A stretch of 47,652 nucleotides of DNA from a virus (IMGVR_UViG_3300010376_000050:1-47652); one strand, 5' to 3'; positions 1 through 9,429 are shown, counted from the stretch's first letter. Notes: generated by a model not told the origin, from the sequence alone. A program made the numbers and translations.

Positions 1-1101
1 CGCCAGCGGGATCGAAATCCGGTACGTGAAGTAAACGTACCCGCGCGACTCACCCGGCACGATCGCGGCCACCGGATTCCCGCTCGTCAGAGCCAAGTCG
101 GCCATGATGGCGTCGCGCGCCTTTCCGCCTATCGGCTCGAAGCTCGAGATGCCGAGTTTGTAGATCTGTTCGCTCGAGATGAAGCATCCCATCGACCCGT
201 ACGAGTGTATCGACCACGGGAAAACGTTGCCGATGCCGTGGTCGCTGGCCCAGAGGTGATCGAATTGAAATGGCGCTATCCCGCTCCCCGTGGGATCGAA
301 AAACGTTATCCCGTTGGTGCGGAATAGATATCCGGAAGCGCCCGTGGTGATTATCCCCGTGATGTTGTCCGGCACGTCGAGGAAGTCGTTCTCTCCGGCG
401 TTGGTGTTGGCGGCGAAATCCCACTGCGTCGGTATCCCGTTCGCCGACCACCACAACCGTTGCGGGAAAGCGTACGACGCCCCGGACGTATTGTCTAAGA
501 CCGAGACGTTCGCCAGGAGCAGGTGGTTATCGAGTTCGCTCAAAAACAGACCGCCGATCGAGAGCGGTCCCGTCGAGCCGGGGATCACCGTCGGAGCGTC
601 CGCCGCCGCGACGGCCGCGATAGAAGTGGCCCCCGGGGCCGAGGCGTTCGAGGCCACGGCCGCGTTCGTTATACCGTCCCAGGCGGCCAGGAACGGGGCG
701 CCGTTGGTGTAGTAAAGCACGTTGGCGAAGGCTTTGTACGAGATCGGATTCACGGGCGCCGGGTTCGGCCCGAACAGCGGACTCCACGGCGTCAGTGATC
801 CGTACGGGACGCCCGAAGGGGCCAGCTGCCACAGACCTCCGCCGTCCCAACAAACCGTGTGCGTAACTTGATTCGCGTCGACAAAACTGAACAGGCCGAG
901 CAGCGGGTTCTTCGACGGGCCAGGATACTTCTTGGTCAAGGCGGGACGGGAGCGGAGTTCTTTGTTGCGGAGCTGAAAGTTGGTGGCCGCGGGCGTGTAG
1001 TTGTCTTCTATCTCGCTTTCGGGTTCCTGAACGTTGAGTCCGCCGTCGAAACCCGAGTAACTGATCTCGAAATACCCGTCGCTTTTGATCGCCACGGCCA
1101 C
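1..1101 (-). CDS. Tail hub/stabilisation protein (P22 gp10 / tail tubular B-like), N-terminal 367 aa, runs off window start
   Basis: Absent from the ORF track because it has no stop. Translated by hand from GTG at 1101: MAVAIKSDGYFEISYSGFDGGLNVQEPE...RLWWSANGIPTQWD...GIGNVFPWSI...YFTYRISIPLA. The FxGGLN start and beta-propeller-like W/S motifs are typical of podovirus hub proteins. Confidence 0.75.
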   Translation of the reverse strand, partial: MAVAIKSDGYFEISYSGFDGGLNVQEPESEIEDNYTPAATNFQLRNKELRSRPALTKKYPGPSKNPLLGLFSFVDANQVTHTVCWDGGGLWQLAPSGVPYGSLTPWSPLFGPNPAPVNPISYKAFANVLYYTNGAPFLAAWDGITNAAVASNASAPGATSIAAVAAADAPTVIPGSTGPLSIGGLFLSELDNHLLLANVSVLDNTSGASYAFPQRLWWSANGIPTQWDFAANTNAGENDFLDVPDNITGIITTGASGYLFRTNGITFFDPTGSGIAPFQFDHLWASDHGIGNVFPWSIHSYGSMGCFISSEQIYKLGISSFEPIGGKARDAIMADLALTSGNPVAAIVPGESRGYVYFTYRISIPLA

Positions 1102-1104
1102 AAG

Positions 1105-1635
1105 TCAATTCACCGTCACCTGAAGCGTGTTCCCCGCCGGGAGCGTGTTGATCACCAGCCCGTTCTGTAGCCAATACAATTTCCCGTACGTGTACGGACC
1201 GAAACTGCCGCTCGCCGCGGCCTGCGTCACTTTCGGATTCCAGACCGTGTTCCCGGCGCCGTCGGTGATCAGGAGTTGATCGGCCGCCGCGTTCGGTTGC
1301 CAGTAAATCTGTTCCGCCCGCCAGGCGGCCGGATAAGCCACGGGCGTAAGCAAACTTCCCGTCGCGCCGGTGTTCGCCAGACCGCGGTTCTTCATCTGGT
1401 TTTGAAGCAACACGGTGGTCGTCGTCGGCACCGTCAACGTGCGGTAAAGCCCCGCGTACGCCCCGATCGTTCCGCCCTGCAGGCTCACCGCCACGCCCGC
1501 CGACCCTATCGCTATGCCGTGCGCCGCGCTGGTCACCAGTATCGATTCGCCCTGATTGACGATCGACGTCAAGGCGAAGGTCGATGCCTGATCGGCGTTC
1601 GTGAAGAACCACGGGTTAGCGGATATGTTCGCCAC
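1105..1635 (-). CDS. Putative virion structural protein (176 aa)
   Basis: Beta-rich, T/A/G-rich ORF abutting its neighbours in the structural operon. Confidence 0.6.
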   Translation of the reverse strand: MANISANPWFFTNADQASTFALTSIVNQGESILVTSAAHGIAIGSAGVAVSLQGGTIGAYAGLYRTLTVPTTTTVLLQNQMKNRGLANTGATGSLLTPVAYPAAWRAEQIYWQPNAAADQLLITDGAGNTVWNPKVTQAAASGSFGPYTYGKLYWLQNGLVINTLPAGNTLQVTVN

Positions 1636-1642
1636 CAGCGCC

Positions 1643-2299
1643 TCAATCGAAATTCAAGTTGAAGTGCCACGCTATGCCGTAAAAACGGTACGCGCCCGAA
1701 GCCGTCGTCGCGACGTTGACTTCGGCCACCAGGTCCGTGTTGTCCGTCGTCTCGAACACGGGCGTGTTAACCGTGATCTTGGTCACGTACGGATTCGCTT
1801 GCGTGGCCGTCGCCAGCGTGCCCGTCGTCGCCACGGCGGCCGTCGCGAGGGCCACGTTATTGACGAACGTGGTCCTCGAGAGCGTGAAGGCGTTCGTCGT
1901 CGCCGCCGCCCCGGTGACCAGGTATATCACCGTGCAATCCAGGATCTGAATGCCCTTCGGCGTGTCGCCCGTCGCCGGAGTCAGTTGCGTCGACCCGGTG
2001 TAGGGCGGCATACCGGCCGCCCCGGCCGGCCAGCCCGGCGTGAGCGCGGCCGTGCCGAACTTCTCCTGAAACGGCGCGTTCCGCTGCGCCAACGCCGCCG
2101 TCTCGATCAGCCGCTTGATGTCGGCGAACCCGCAGACGACGACGCCCGATTGGTTGGCCGTCAAGTTGTAGCTGTAGTCGCCGACGGCGTTCTTGGTCAA
2201 CAGGAAGTTCGCGCCCGTGACGTTGACTTGGCTCGCGTCGTAGAAAACGATTCCGCCGCCGTGAGCCGTGTCGGCGAAAAACGCGCCTTGACTCCTCAT
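1643..2299 (-). CDS. Putative virion structural protein (218 aa)
   Basis: GGGAG RBS, T/A-rich beta composition, located downstream of the capsid gene. Confidence 0.6.
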   Translation of the reverse strand: MRSQGAFFADTAHGGGIVFYDASQVNVTGANFLLTKNAVGDYSYNLTANQSGVVVCGFADIKRLIETAALAQRNAPFQEKFGTAALTPGWPAGAAGMPPYTGSTQLTPATGDTPKGIQILDCTVIYLVTGAAATTNAFTLSRTTFVNNVALATAAVATTGTLATATQANPYVTKITVNTPVFETTDNTDLVAEVNVATTASGAYRFYGIAWHFNLNFD

Positions 2300-2333
2300 C
2301 CGAGTTCTCCCTTCCCTAGGAAATTATCAGGGC

Positions 2334-2699
2334 CTAGTCCCGGTTCGAAGGTCTAACTCTTTCATACTCCTTTATCAAATTGCAGTTAGCACATAAAATC
2401 TGGAAACGTGGTCGGTTCTCTTCTTTGAGAGCTGTTCGATATGCTTTGAATTGATCCCTTTTCTTGCCGTTACCTCTCCAATTGGCATCGTTGTTTACAT
2501 GATCCAATTGCAGGGCACGCTTGTCTGAAAATCCACAACTCGCACACTTATCGCCGTAAACAGCAAAAACGCGCTCCCGTAGACGTGCACGCCTCCATCC
2601 TTTCGGTTTCTTGTGCAACCAACGGCGCGTGTACTCCACCGCTTTCCCTGGATGTTCGGCATACCATCGTCGTTTCCATGCCAGCCTTTCCATCAGCAA
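2334..2699 (-). CDS. HNH endonuclease (free-standing, homing type)
   Basis: YGDKCASCG...LQLDHVNND...FQILCANCN motif; visibly lower GC than flanks. Confidence 0.85.
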   Translation of the reverse strand: MLMERLAWKRRWYAEHPGKAVEYTRRWLHKKPKGWRRARLRERVFAVYGDKCASCGFSDKRALQLDHVNNDANWRGNGKKRDQFKAYRTALKEENRPRFQILCANCNLIKEYERVRPSNRD

Positions 2700-2715
2700 T
2701 ATCCCGGTTGCCAGG

Positions 2716-2976
2716 CTAATACTGTATCCCCGCCGTTATCTGCGGGAACGATCCTTGATCCTGCGCGTTGTTCGAGAGCGGCACGAAGCCGTTGCCCGTG
2801 TTGTCCGTGAACGCGAAAACGTCGCCCGCGTTCTGCCCCGAAAAATGAATCCCGCAGAACTGAGCGCCGTAGATCGCCTGCGTGAACCGGCCCTGAACGC
2901 CGCACGAACACGAGAACGCGTACGGGTAGCCCGGGATCGCCGCGTCGCCGCCGTTCAGCGTGGCCGTGTGTGGCAC
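2716..2976 (-). CDS. Small protein with H...SCSCG...H putative metal-binding motif (86 aa)
   Basis: Probable GTG start at 2976, just after the upstream stop; paralogous to the N-terminus of 3285..3617. Confidence 0.6.
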   Translation of the reverse strand: MPHTATLNGGDAAIPGYPYAFSCSCGVQGRFTQAIYGAQFCGIHFSGQNAGDVFAFTDNTGNGFVPLSNNAQDQGSFPQITAGIQY

Positions 2977-2978
2977 CG

Positions 2979-3257
2979 CTAGTAGACTCCCGAGCTCGCC
3001 GGTATCGATTCGAGTTGAATCGCCGGATCGGCCGGATTCACCAGCTTCGGCTCCGGCTCGTATTCCCGCTTGTACGTCGCCGCCTCGCGCGCCGACCTCA
3101 GCTCGAAGCTGCCGTTGACGGCGCCGTCGGCCGAACAGTAGAGGCCGGCGCCGCGCGCGCAAACCAAGCGCCCGAAATCCCACTCGGCCAGCGCGATCGG
3201 TATCTTGTGTTGACAGCGCATGCAGGTGGTGTAGGGACCTTCTTCCCGCAAGATCAC
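2979..3257 (-). CDS. Small Cys-containing protein (92 aa)
   Basis: CMRC...LVC...C; GGAGG RBS upstream. Confidence 0.6.
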   Translation of the reverse strand: MILREEGPYTTCMRCQHKIPIALAEWDFGRLVCARGAGLYCSADGAVNGSFELRSAREAATYKREYEPEPKLVNPADPAIQLESIPASSGVY

Positions 3258-3284
3258 CGTGGGAACCTCCGTTTTTTGGCCGGT

Positions 3285-3617
3285 TTAGGTTCCGGCGCCT
3301 CGGGACGCAGCTTTTTCGCCTTCTTCACCGTTTTTTTTTACTTCTTCACTTTCTTCGGCTTCCGGAGCTTCGGCCGGTTCGCCTTCGGCGGGCTTCGCGG
3401 CGCCGGGCTCTTCGGGTTCGGCGGCCGGTTTCGGTTCGGTTTCGTCGGCGAACTCCACGGTGTTCAGCCCGGCCGCGAGCGTCGCCGAGTGATTGCTTAA
3501 GAACTCGACGGCCTGGGCCTTTTCGACGAAGTTGCCCTGCGGGCCGCACGAGCACGAGGCGAAATACGGGCGGTGCGGCATCGATTCGTCTATCCGTACG
3601 ATGGTTTTGTGTATCAT
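3285..3617 (-). CDS. Small protein with SCSCG motif and acidic/Pro-rich tail (110 aa)
   Basis: ORF track; in operon order. Confidence 0.6.
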   Translation of the reverse strand: MIHKTIVRIDESMPHRPYFASCSCGPQGNFVEKAQAVEFLSNHSATLAAGLNTVEFADETEPKPAAEPEEPGAAKPAEGEPAEAPEAEESEEVKKNGEEGEKAASRGAGT

Positions 3618-3624
3618 TGCGGGT

Positions 3625-3846
3625 TCACATCCTCAAGCCCAAGTTGGGCGTTATGACCAAACTGTTTTTCTGCGCCTCGTGGTACCGCTCGATCGCGCCT
3701 TTGGCGGCCTCCATCATGCCGAACGCCACCACCTTGTTCGCGATCGGACCGCTCACGTTCACCGACCCGGTCAGCTGGTCCCAGGTTATCTCGAGCTTCA
3801 ACACCACCGGGCTCTCGCCCGTTTTCGCCACGGCCGGTTCGCTCAT
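3625..3846 (-). CDS. Hypothetical protein (73 aa)
   Basis: ATGA overlap with the capsid stop codon gives start MSEPAV. Confidence 0.6.
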   Translation of the reverse strand: MSEPAVAKTGESPVVLKLEITWDQLTGSVNVSGPIANKVVAFGMMEAAKGAIERYHEAQKNSLVITPNLGLRM

Positions 3847-4808
3847 GGCCCGAAGCTGCCGAACGTTCCGTACCATGTGGTGGCGCCGACCGAAAAGCGT
3901 TGCGTCGACAAGAACAACAAAACCTGCGTGGCGAAGTCGTCGTCCGTCTGCGCCATTATCGGCTCGCGCTCGTAGAACTTCAGCTGGTGGCCTTCCTTCT
4001 CGGCGATCAGGAACCAGGCGCTCGCGCTCGTAAGATAATTCAACTCCAAGCCTTGAAGGTTGTCCGCCTGAAGGGCGTTCAACTCGTTGTCGGCCGTGTA
4101 GGGCTTCCCCGGCGACCCGAGTATCTCGCGGACGATCCAGCGCAGCTCGGGAGGGTGAATCAAGTGCCGCGGCTGCACGTGCACCGGTATGCCGCGCCCG
4201 TCCGGCATGCGCGTGAAGATGTTTATGGCCTGCTGAAGTGCCGTGAACGACAAATCCGTGTCCGGGTTCGGACGGTTCGGATACGTCCCCGTCGACGTTA
4301 TGATGTTCGTTATCCCCGGCGCGACGTTCGTCGCCTCGGCCCCGGCCAAGAGCGGCTGGCTGGTGTTGAACAGACTCACTCCCGTGTTCGTCGTCAACGT
4401 CGTGCCGCCCAGGTTGAACACCGTCGCCGAAACGGCTTCGCGCCCGAAGAGCCCCGACCGCCCGTGGGCCTTCGGAATCTGCCGTATGATGCCGTATTTG
4501 TCGTCCGCCACCAGTTGCCGCGTCGCCTGCGACAGGAGCCCGTACTGAAGGTGCACGTACTTCTTCGTGTTGCCCTGCACGATCCCGTCGGCCATCGGCC
4601 GCGTGCCCTCGGGCATCTCGGGCATCGGCCCGGTGCCGCTGAGCTCGTAGTCGATTTCGTAGGCGTCCTCGGAAGTCATCTCGTTCAGGTAGTGCGTATA
4701 CTGCGGAGCGCGCTGCTTGAGGTCGAAGAATTGAACGAAAATGTGTCTCAAACCCGGTGCGAGGAGGGGCGGAAAGTTCGCCCGCGACATCTGCGTGTTG
4801 AACGGCAC
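3843..4808 (-). CDS. Major capsid protein (HK97 fold, Mu gpT-like family)
   Basis: LLAPGLRHIF, EMPEG, VADDKYG, PRHLIHPPEL and AWFLIA motifs; 321 aa; AGGAGG RBS. Confidence 0.9.
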   Translation of the reverse strand: MPFNTQMSRANFPPLLAPGLRHIFVQFFDLKQRAPQYTHYLNEMTSEDAYEIDYELSGTGPMPEMPEGTRPMADGIVQGNTKKYVHLQYGLLSQATRQLVADDKYGIIRQIPKAHGRSGLFGREAVSATVFNLGGTTLTTNTGVSLFNTSQPLLAGAEATNVAPGITNIITSTGTYPNRPNPDTDLSFTALQQAINIFTRMPDGRGIPVHVQPRHLIHPPELRWIVREILGSPGKPYTADNELNALQADNLQGLELNYLTSASAWFLIAEKEGHQLKFYEREPIMAQTDDDFATQVLLFLSTQRFSVGATTWYGTFGSFGP

Positions 4809-4836
4809 GTTAGCCTCCTAGGAAAATGCCGAAGTC

Positions 4837-5472
4837 TTATGCGAAAATCTGAGCCACGGCCGGCAAAAAGACGAACAGAACGTGCCCGCCGACCGTTCCG
4901 ACGGCCTCGTACGGGCTGAGTTGAACGATACTGACCGCCGCGCTCGCGCCCGTCTTGTTCGTGTCCACGTACCAGTAAGCGTTGCCCGAATCCTTGGTGA
5001 GCCCGTAGGCCACGCCCACCTGGTTGTTGGCCGTCGCCACGGGCGTCACCGTCGAACTCGTTCCGATCTTGCCGATGAAGACCGTGCCCGGCGCGGCGAT
5101 CCAAAACCGGAGGCGTCCGTCGGACATCGGCACCATCGGCGGCGTGACCACGCCCGACGCTTGGGCCGCGTTCCCCGCGTAGTTCCCCATCACCGAACCC
5201 GGACCGAGGATCGGCGAAAATCCGGCCGGAGCCCCGGAGCCCGTCGACCCGAGGTTGTTGAAGCTCATCTCGGCCAAAACACCGGCGATCCCGGCCGTCA
5301 ACGTGGTGCCGTCCCAGTTCTTCAGCCCGCCGTCGGAAGCCGCTATCTGAACCGGCGTGCCGCACGGTATCGAAGTGGAAATGCCCGCTTCTTCCGGGGC
5401 GAATCCGACGGGGAAGCTCACCGCCCCGCCCAAGTTTTGCACCGGGAAAATTCCGTCAGCGAAGTTAGCCAC
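4837..5472 (-). CDS. Putative capsid decoration/cement protein
   Basis: G/A/V-rich 211 aa immediately upstream of the capsid gene. Confidence 0.55.
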   Translation of the reverse strand: MANFADGIFPVQNLGGAVSFPVGFAPEEAGISTSIPCGTPVQIAASDGGLKNWDGTTLTAGIAGVLAEMSFNNLGSTGSGAPAGFSPILGPGSVMGNYAGNAAQASGVVTPPMVPMSDGRLRFWIAAPGTVFIGKIGTSSTVTPVATANNQVGVAYGLTKDSGNAYWYVDTNKTGASAAVSIVQLSPYEAVGTVGGHVLFVFLPAVAQIFA

Positions 5473-5473
5473 G

Positions 5474-6115
5474 TTAAGCCCCCTTGTTCACGGTCTTCAG
5501 CGGAACGCGCGAGGCGTTCCCGCGTATCTGTCCCTCGGCGAGGTCGGCCGCCGCGTCGCTCTCGACGGCCGCGCCCTTGAGCCCGGCCGAAGCCCTGACG
5601 TCGCCGACGTTCGTCGTGTCGATCGAAGTGGTGCGCACGCCGGGAATCAGCCCGCCCACGCCCATCACGGTGCCGTCTTCGCCCATCACCTTGCCGCGCG
5701 GGTTCGTCATGCGGATCGCTTCGAGCAAGTGGCTCTTGCGGATTTCGAGCCAGCGGCGCTTGGCTATTTTCAACAATACCAGGTCGCCGTTCCGTATTTC
5801 GGCTTCGCCTTTCACGGCGTCGGCCACGGCCATCTCGACGTCCCGGGTGGTGGCCATCTCGAAGCCGACGGACTTCAGTTGCTCGACGCGCGTGTGAAAC
5901 GGCGATTGCCCGTTCCTGTCCATCGCCCAGTAAAACTCGACGTCGGAGTTCAAACGCCGCCGTATCTGCCCGGCCACCGGCACGAAGAGCGGCTTCGCTT
6001 CGATCGAGGGATTGAAAAGCGCGTCCGTCTCTTCGTTCCCGCCAGCGCGGTACGAGGGGTTCGAGTCGAGGAAGTTGCGGACGAAACCCGCCGGGATTGA
6101 TTTGTCTATCGCCAC
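5474..6115 (-). CDS. Head-module hypothetical protein (213 aa)
   Basis: Abuts both neighbours, between scaffold and decoration genes. Confidence 0.6.
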   Translation of the reverse strand: MAIDKSIPAGFVRNFLDSNPSYRAGGNEETDALFNPSIEAKPLFVPVAGQIRRRLNSDVEFYWAMDRNGQSPFHTRVEQLKSVGFEMATTRDVEMAVADAVKGEAEIRNGDLVLLKIAKRRWLEIRKSHLLEAIRMTNPRGKVMGEDGTVMGVGGLIPGVRTTSIDTTNVGDVRASAGLKGAAVESDAAADLAEGQIRGNASRVPLKTVNKGA

Positions 6116-6116
6116 G

Positions 6117-6797
6117 CTAGACCACTCCGGCCTTCACGCTCTTGGCGAAATCTTCCGGGGTGATGCCGAGACGCTCGAGCTGCTGACGCCCCGTCAGCGT
6201 GCGGCCGCTCGCCGGATCGGTCCAGGTCATGTCGGCCGAGAGGAAGTCGTGCGCCGCCTCGCCCGTCTTTCCGGTACCCGGCTCGAGGAAGAAAGTTTTG
6301 TTGGCGTTGTCGTACGTCAGGCCGCCGGAAAGCGCCGCCTGGCCGATGACCATCGAGACGACGTTCCGGCAATAGGTGGCGTAATCGGCTTGCGCTTTCC
6401 GCTCGAGCGGCGTGTTCGCGAAATACTCTTTCACTTTGTCTTCGAAGTTCGGGAACTTCCCGCGCACCTCGGCGAGTATTTCCGCTTCCGTGATCCGCGC
6501 GTTCGTCGCTATCGACAGCGCCAGGAGTTTTTGCTTCTCGATCGCGTCGTCCCGGCGGCGGCGTTCTTCGTCGCTCAGGCCGCCTTCGTCGGGCTTTTCG
6601 TCGGGCGTCGCGGCGGCTTCTTCGAGCTTTTTCCAGCGCCCGTCCCACGCTTCGACTTTTTCGGTGAGGGGCTTGAGTTTGGCATCGATCGACACTCCTA
6701 TCCGCTCGACGAAGGCGTTCATCTCCGCTTCTTCGCGCTTTTTCTTGTCTTCTTCGGATTCACCGGCAGGAGCAGACTTGGGGAAAGGCCACGCCAT
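6117..6797 (-). CDS. Putative capsid scaffolding protein
   Basis: Charged, helical 226 aa ending LGITPEDFAK; lies between portal and capsid. Confidence 0.6.
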   Translation of the reverse strand: MAWPFPKSAPAGESEEDKKKREEAEMNAFVERIGVSIDAKLKPLTEKVEAWDGRWKKLEEAAATPDEKPDEGGLSDEERRRRDDAIEKQKLLALSIATNARITEAEILAEVRGKFPNFEDKVKEYFANTPLERKAQADYATYCRNVVSMVIGQAALSGGLTYDNANKTFFLEPGTGKTGEAAHDFLSADMTWTDPASGRTLTGRQQLERLGITPEDFAKSVKAGVV

Positions 6798-6855
6798 GAT
6801 GCCGGGGTTTCTACCCCGGACGGCGGCGGGAAGTAAACCGGAAGTAACGTAAACG

Positions 6856-7074
6856 TTACGCCCGGCGGCGCGTGGCCACCTCCCGGCCGCACGCTTCGAC
6901 GAGGATGAAGAACGTGTCTACCCGGAACGTCCGCTTGCCGTTGACCACGGCGCTCACCGTCGGACGCGGAATCCCGCTCTTCTCGGCCAACTTCGAAACC
7001 GAGAGTCCGGCGCGGCGCATGGCGTCGTACACCAGGTCGCTCGCCGCAGAGGTTATTTCGTTTGCTCTCGCCAC
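6856..7074 (-). CDS. XRE/Cro-like helix-turn-helix protein
   Basis: GLSVSKLAEKSGIPRPTVSAVVNGKR is a canonical XRE HTH. Confidence 0.85.
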   Translation of the reverse strand: MARANEITSAASDLVYDAMRRAGLSVSKLAEKSGIPRPTVSAVVNGKRTFRVDTFFILVEACGREVATRRRA

Positions 7075-7337
7075 GCCTTGAGCTCTTCTTCGAAATCCAT
7101 GACGCGCTCGATGGCGCTCAGTTGTCCGCGTTGGAAATTCTGCTCCGCCATCTTTTCCACGGTGTCCGGCACCTCGTGAATCACCTTATACGACAGCTCC
7201 CGGTAGAGTTCCGCCAGGTCCGCCGCCAGGTTCGCCCATCCCGGCTGGCTGACCAGCAGTTGCGCCGCCTCCGCGTCCCCGAACGACGTTCGCCATCTGT
7301 AGGATTCTGGGGTCGATCCCCGGCGGCGCTCCGGCAT
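7053..7337 (-). CDS. Small post-portal helical protein (94 aa)
   Basis: GAGGAG RBS; PGW...FQRGQL pattern; overlaps the portal 3' end. Confidence 0.6.
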   Translation of the reverse strand: MPERRRGSTPESYRWRTSFGDAEAAQLLVSQPGWANLAADLAELYRELSYKVIHEVPDTVEKMAEQNFQRGQLSAIERVMDFEEELKAWREQTK

Positions 7338-9207
7338 CGGGTTTCTCCTCTTCGGGCAATTCCACGTTCGGCACGTATTCTTCCGGTTGATCGGAAAGTT
7401 GAAAGTCCCTGACGATTTGTTGCATCAAACGCGTGCGCGCCTTCACGACCGACCGCAGCCACTTTACCACGGGCGGAGGCACGCCCGGGTTCCCGAGCGC
7501 CTGAAGCATCTGCATCGCTTCGCGCGTGAACATCGCGAGCGATTGGTTCAACACCAGCTCGTTTTGTTTGGTCACTTCGCGGTTCGCGCTCGCCGTCGCC
7601 GCCCGTATCGGTATCCGCACTTTGCGTTCCAGGTAATCGGCCAGGGATTCGGTCAACAGTTCGTCGTCGAGGCCGAACAGGCTGCCCTTGCGGCCCAGCC
7701 CCATCGCCCCGTACATGTCCGTCAGCAGGCCGAACAGCTTTACATGCGAGTGGCGGAAGTCGCTCGTCCTGTGCGCCACGCGCGTGTTGGCGTCCTGTAG
7801 TACCGCGAACGTGCCCATCGATCCGAACCGTCCGCGCTTGTCCACCGGCCCGCCCGACCCGGCCCCGGCCACGGCCGGACCGATGCCGAAGCGGTCGCGC
7901 GCCTGCTGTATCATCATCTGCTCGTTCTGTTGACTGACGGCGTGCATGGCCGGTTCCGCCACGCTGATGTGTTCGTATTCGTCCTTGGCGAACGGCAACC
8001 TGATGCCCGGAAATATCTTGAAGTTGCGGTCGATGTTTTTGTTCATCGGGCTGATGCGGTTCACGCCGAGTATGCCCCAGGTGGTCGCGTCGATCCGCTG
8101 ATTCTTCGTCGTCGAGATCTCCTCCTGAGCGTCGCGCCCGACGTCGGCCAGGCCGCGACCGTTCATCCCCTTCTCGCCGCTCGAGAGCCGCGTGCGGACG
8201 ATCGGCAGCGCGTTTTCGGGGATGAAGTTGTACACGCAGTTCATCAGCTCTTTCGTCTCGTAGTGAAGCCACGCTATCAGCCGGAACTTCCGCCGGTTGT
8301 GATACCAGTAGAAGTAACACTCGTCGACGTCCCACTCGGCCAGTACCTCGCGGTCTTCCTCCGTGGTCACGCCCTTCCCCTTCAGTTCCTTCCGCCGCGC
8401 TTCGCTCGGCCCCGCCCGGTCCGGGTGCCCGATGATCTTCTCGACCGTGCCCTTGCGGTACGTGCCCTTGAATTCCCTCTCCTGAAGTTCCCGGCGCGTG
8501 AGCGTCGTCTTGCGCGAGACAAACTCCGAGTCTTCGGGCGCGTCGGCGTCCGGATCGTAGAGCACGTCTTCGTCGCGGAGGTTCACCACCTTCGGGCCTT
8601 CGTAGAGCGTGGCGTCTTCGAACTTACCGCCGCGCTTCTCCTCGTATCCGACGTAAACGGCCTCTTGCCGCTGCTCCGGAACCACGGCCAACCACGCCGT
8701 GCCGATCACGTTCGACGTCGAGAACCAGACGTTTTCCTTGGCGTAGAGGTCCAGCTCGTTCGGCTCGTACGCGGCGTAATCCATAAACTGTTCGAGCAGC
8801 TTGGACTTCTTCGAGTTCCGCTCGGCATCCTCGTCGCTCGCCGACTTGGTAAAGTACTTGTAGACGATTATCGGTGCCGTCGCCCAGATCATCTGCATCA
8901 CCCGCGCCGCCATGTCGTCCGACGCCTCGCCCACCACCTGATGAACCAAGTTCGCCGCGTGCTCGAACGGCCACGACTTCTCCTCTTCCTTCGGCCGTCC
9001 TTCGGCGATCCGGCGCCACTCGGGCACGAGCTTCTTGTGCCGGTTCCGCAACTGCTGGCGGCGCACCCGCACCTGGTTCCACAGCCACTCTTTGATCTTC
9101 TCGAGAACTTCGGGCGCGAAATCAACGGGCCGCGCTTCGAACTTCCGCCCGGCACGGTAACTCAATCGCGGCTTCACGTCCGGCGCTATCTTCGGAATCG
9201 TGGCCAT
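7186..9207 (-). CDS. Portal protein (P22-like)
   Basis: About 673 aa from MATIPK (GGAGG RBS); WPFEHAANL, YDPDA and GMNGRG motifs; downstream of TerL. Confidence 0.85.
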   Translation of the reverse strand: MATIPKIAPDVKPRLSYRAGRKFEARPVDFAPEVLEKIKEWLWNQVRVRRQQLRNRHKKLVPEWRRIAEGRPKEEEKSWPFEHAANLVHQVVGEASDDMAARVMQMIWATAPIIVYKYFTKSASDEDAERNSKKSKLLEQFMDYAAYEPNELDLYAKENVWFSTSNVIGTAWLAVVPEQRQEAVYVGYEEKRGGKFEDATLYEGPKVVNLRDEDVLYDPDADAPEDSEFVSRKTTLTRRELQEREFKGTYRKGTVEKIIGHPDRAGPSEARRKELKGKGVTTEEDREVLAEWDVDECYFYWYHNRRKFRLIAWLHYETKELMNCVYNFIPENALPIVRTRLSSGEKGMNGRGLADVGRDAQEEISTTKNQRIDATTWGILGVNRISPMNKNIDRNFKIFPGIRLPFAKDEYEHISVAEPAMHAVSQQNEQMMIQQARDRFGIGPAVAGAGSGGPVDKRGRFGSMGTFAVLQDANTRVAHRTSDFRHSHVKLFGLLTDMYGAMGLGRKGSLFGLDDELLTESLADYLERKVRIPIRAATASANREVTKQNELVLNQSLAMFTREAMQMLQALGNPGVPPPVVKWLRSVVKARTRLMQQIVRDFQLSDQPEEYVPNVELPEEEKPDAGAPPGIDPRILQMANVVRGRGGGATAGQPAGMGEPGGGPGGTLPGAVV

Positions 9208-9428
9208 CAGCGTCGCCTCCCGCCTTCGAGCAAAACCGTCGCGTGCATAAGGCACAACCCGGTGGTGAATTCGCGCGACCGGCAACCCATCCAGCCGCAC
9301 TTCCCGAGCTCGGCCAGCGGCATCCCGAGCCAGCGCGGGCGCCCCGGATGAACTATCTCCCGCACCGAAGCTTCTTCGTACGTGGCGGGCGCCATCGCGC
9401 TCCAGGCGAGGAACTCCAGGCGCGTCAC
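9207..9428 (-). CDS. Hypothetical protein (73 aa, CxWxxC...CxxH)
   Basis: Exactly fills the TerL-portal gap. Confidence 0.5.
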   Translation of the reverse strand: MTRLEFLAWSAMAPATYEEASVREIVHPGRPRWLGMPLAELGKCGWMGCRSREFTTGLCLMHATVLLEGGRRR

Positions 9429-9429
9429 G

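Noticed and set aside
3331-3339. A9 run on the minus strand as a programmed frameshift
   Set aside because: Reads in frame as VKKN; no compelling alternative product.
2315-4825. TTTCCTAGG upstream of the RBS of two structural genes (2315-2323 and 4817-4825)
   Set aside because: Only two copies and partly explained by the RBS; insufficient support for a late-promoter motif.
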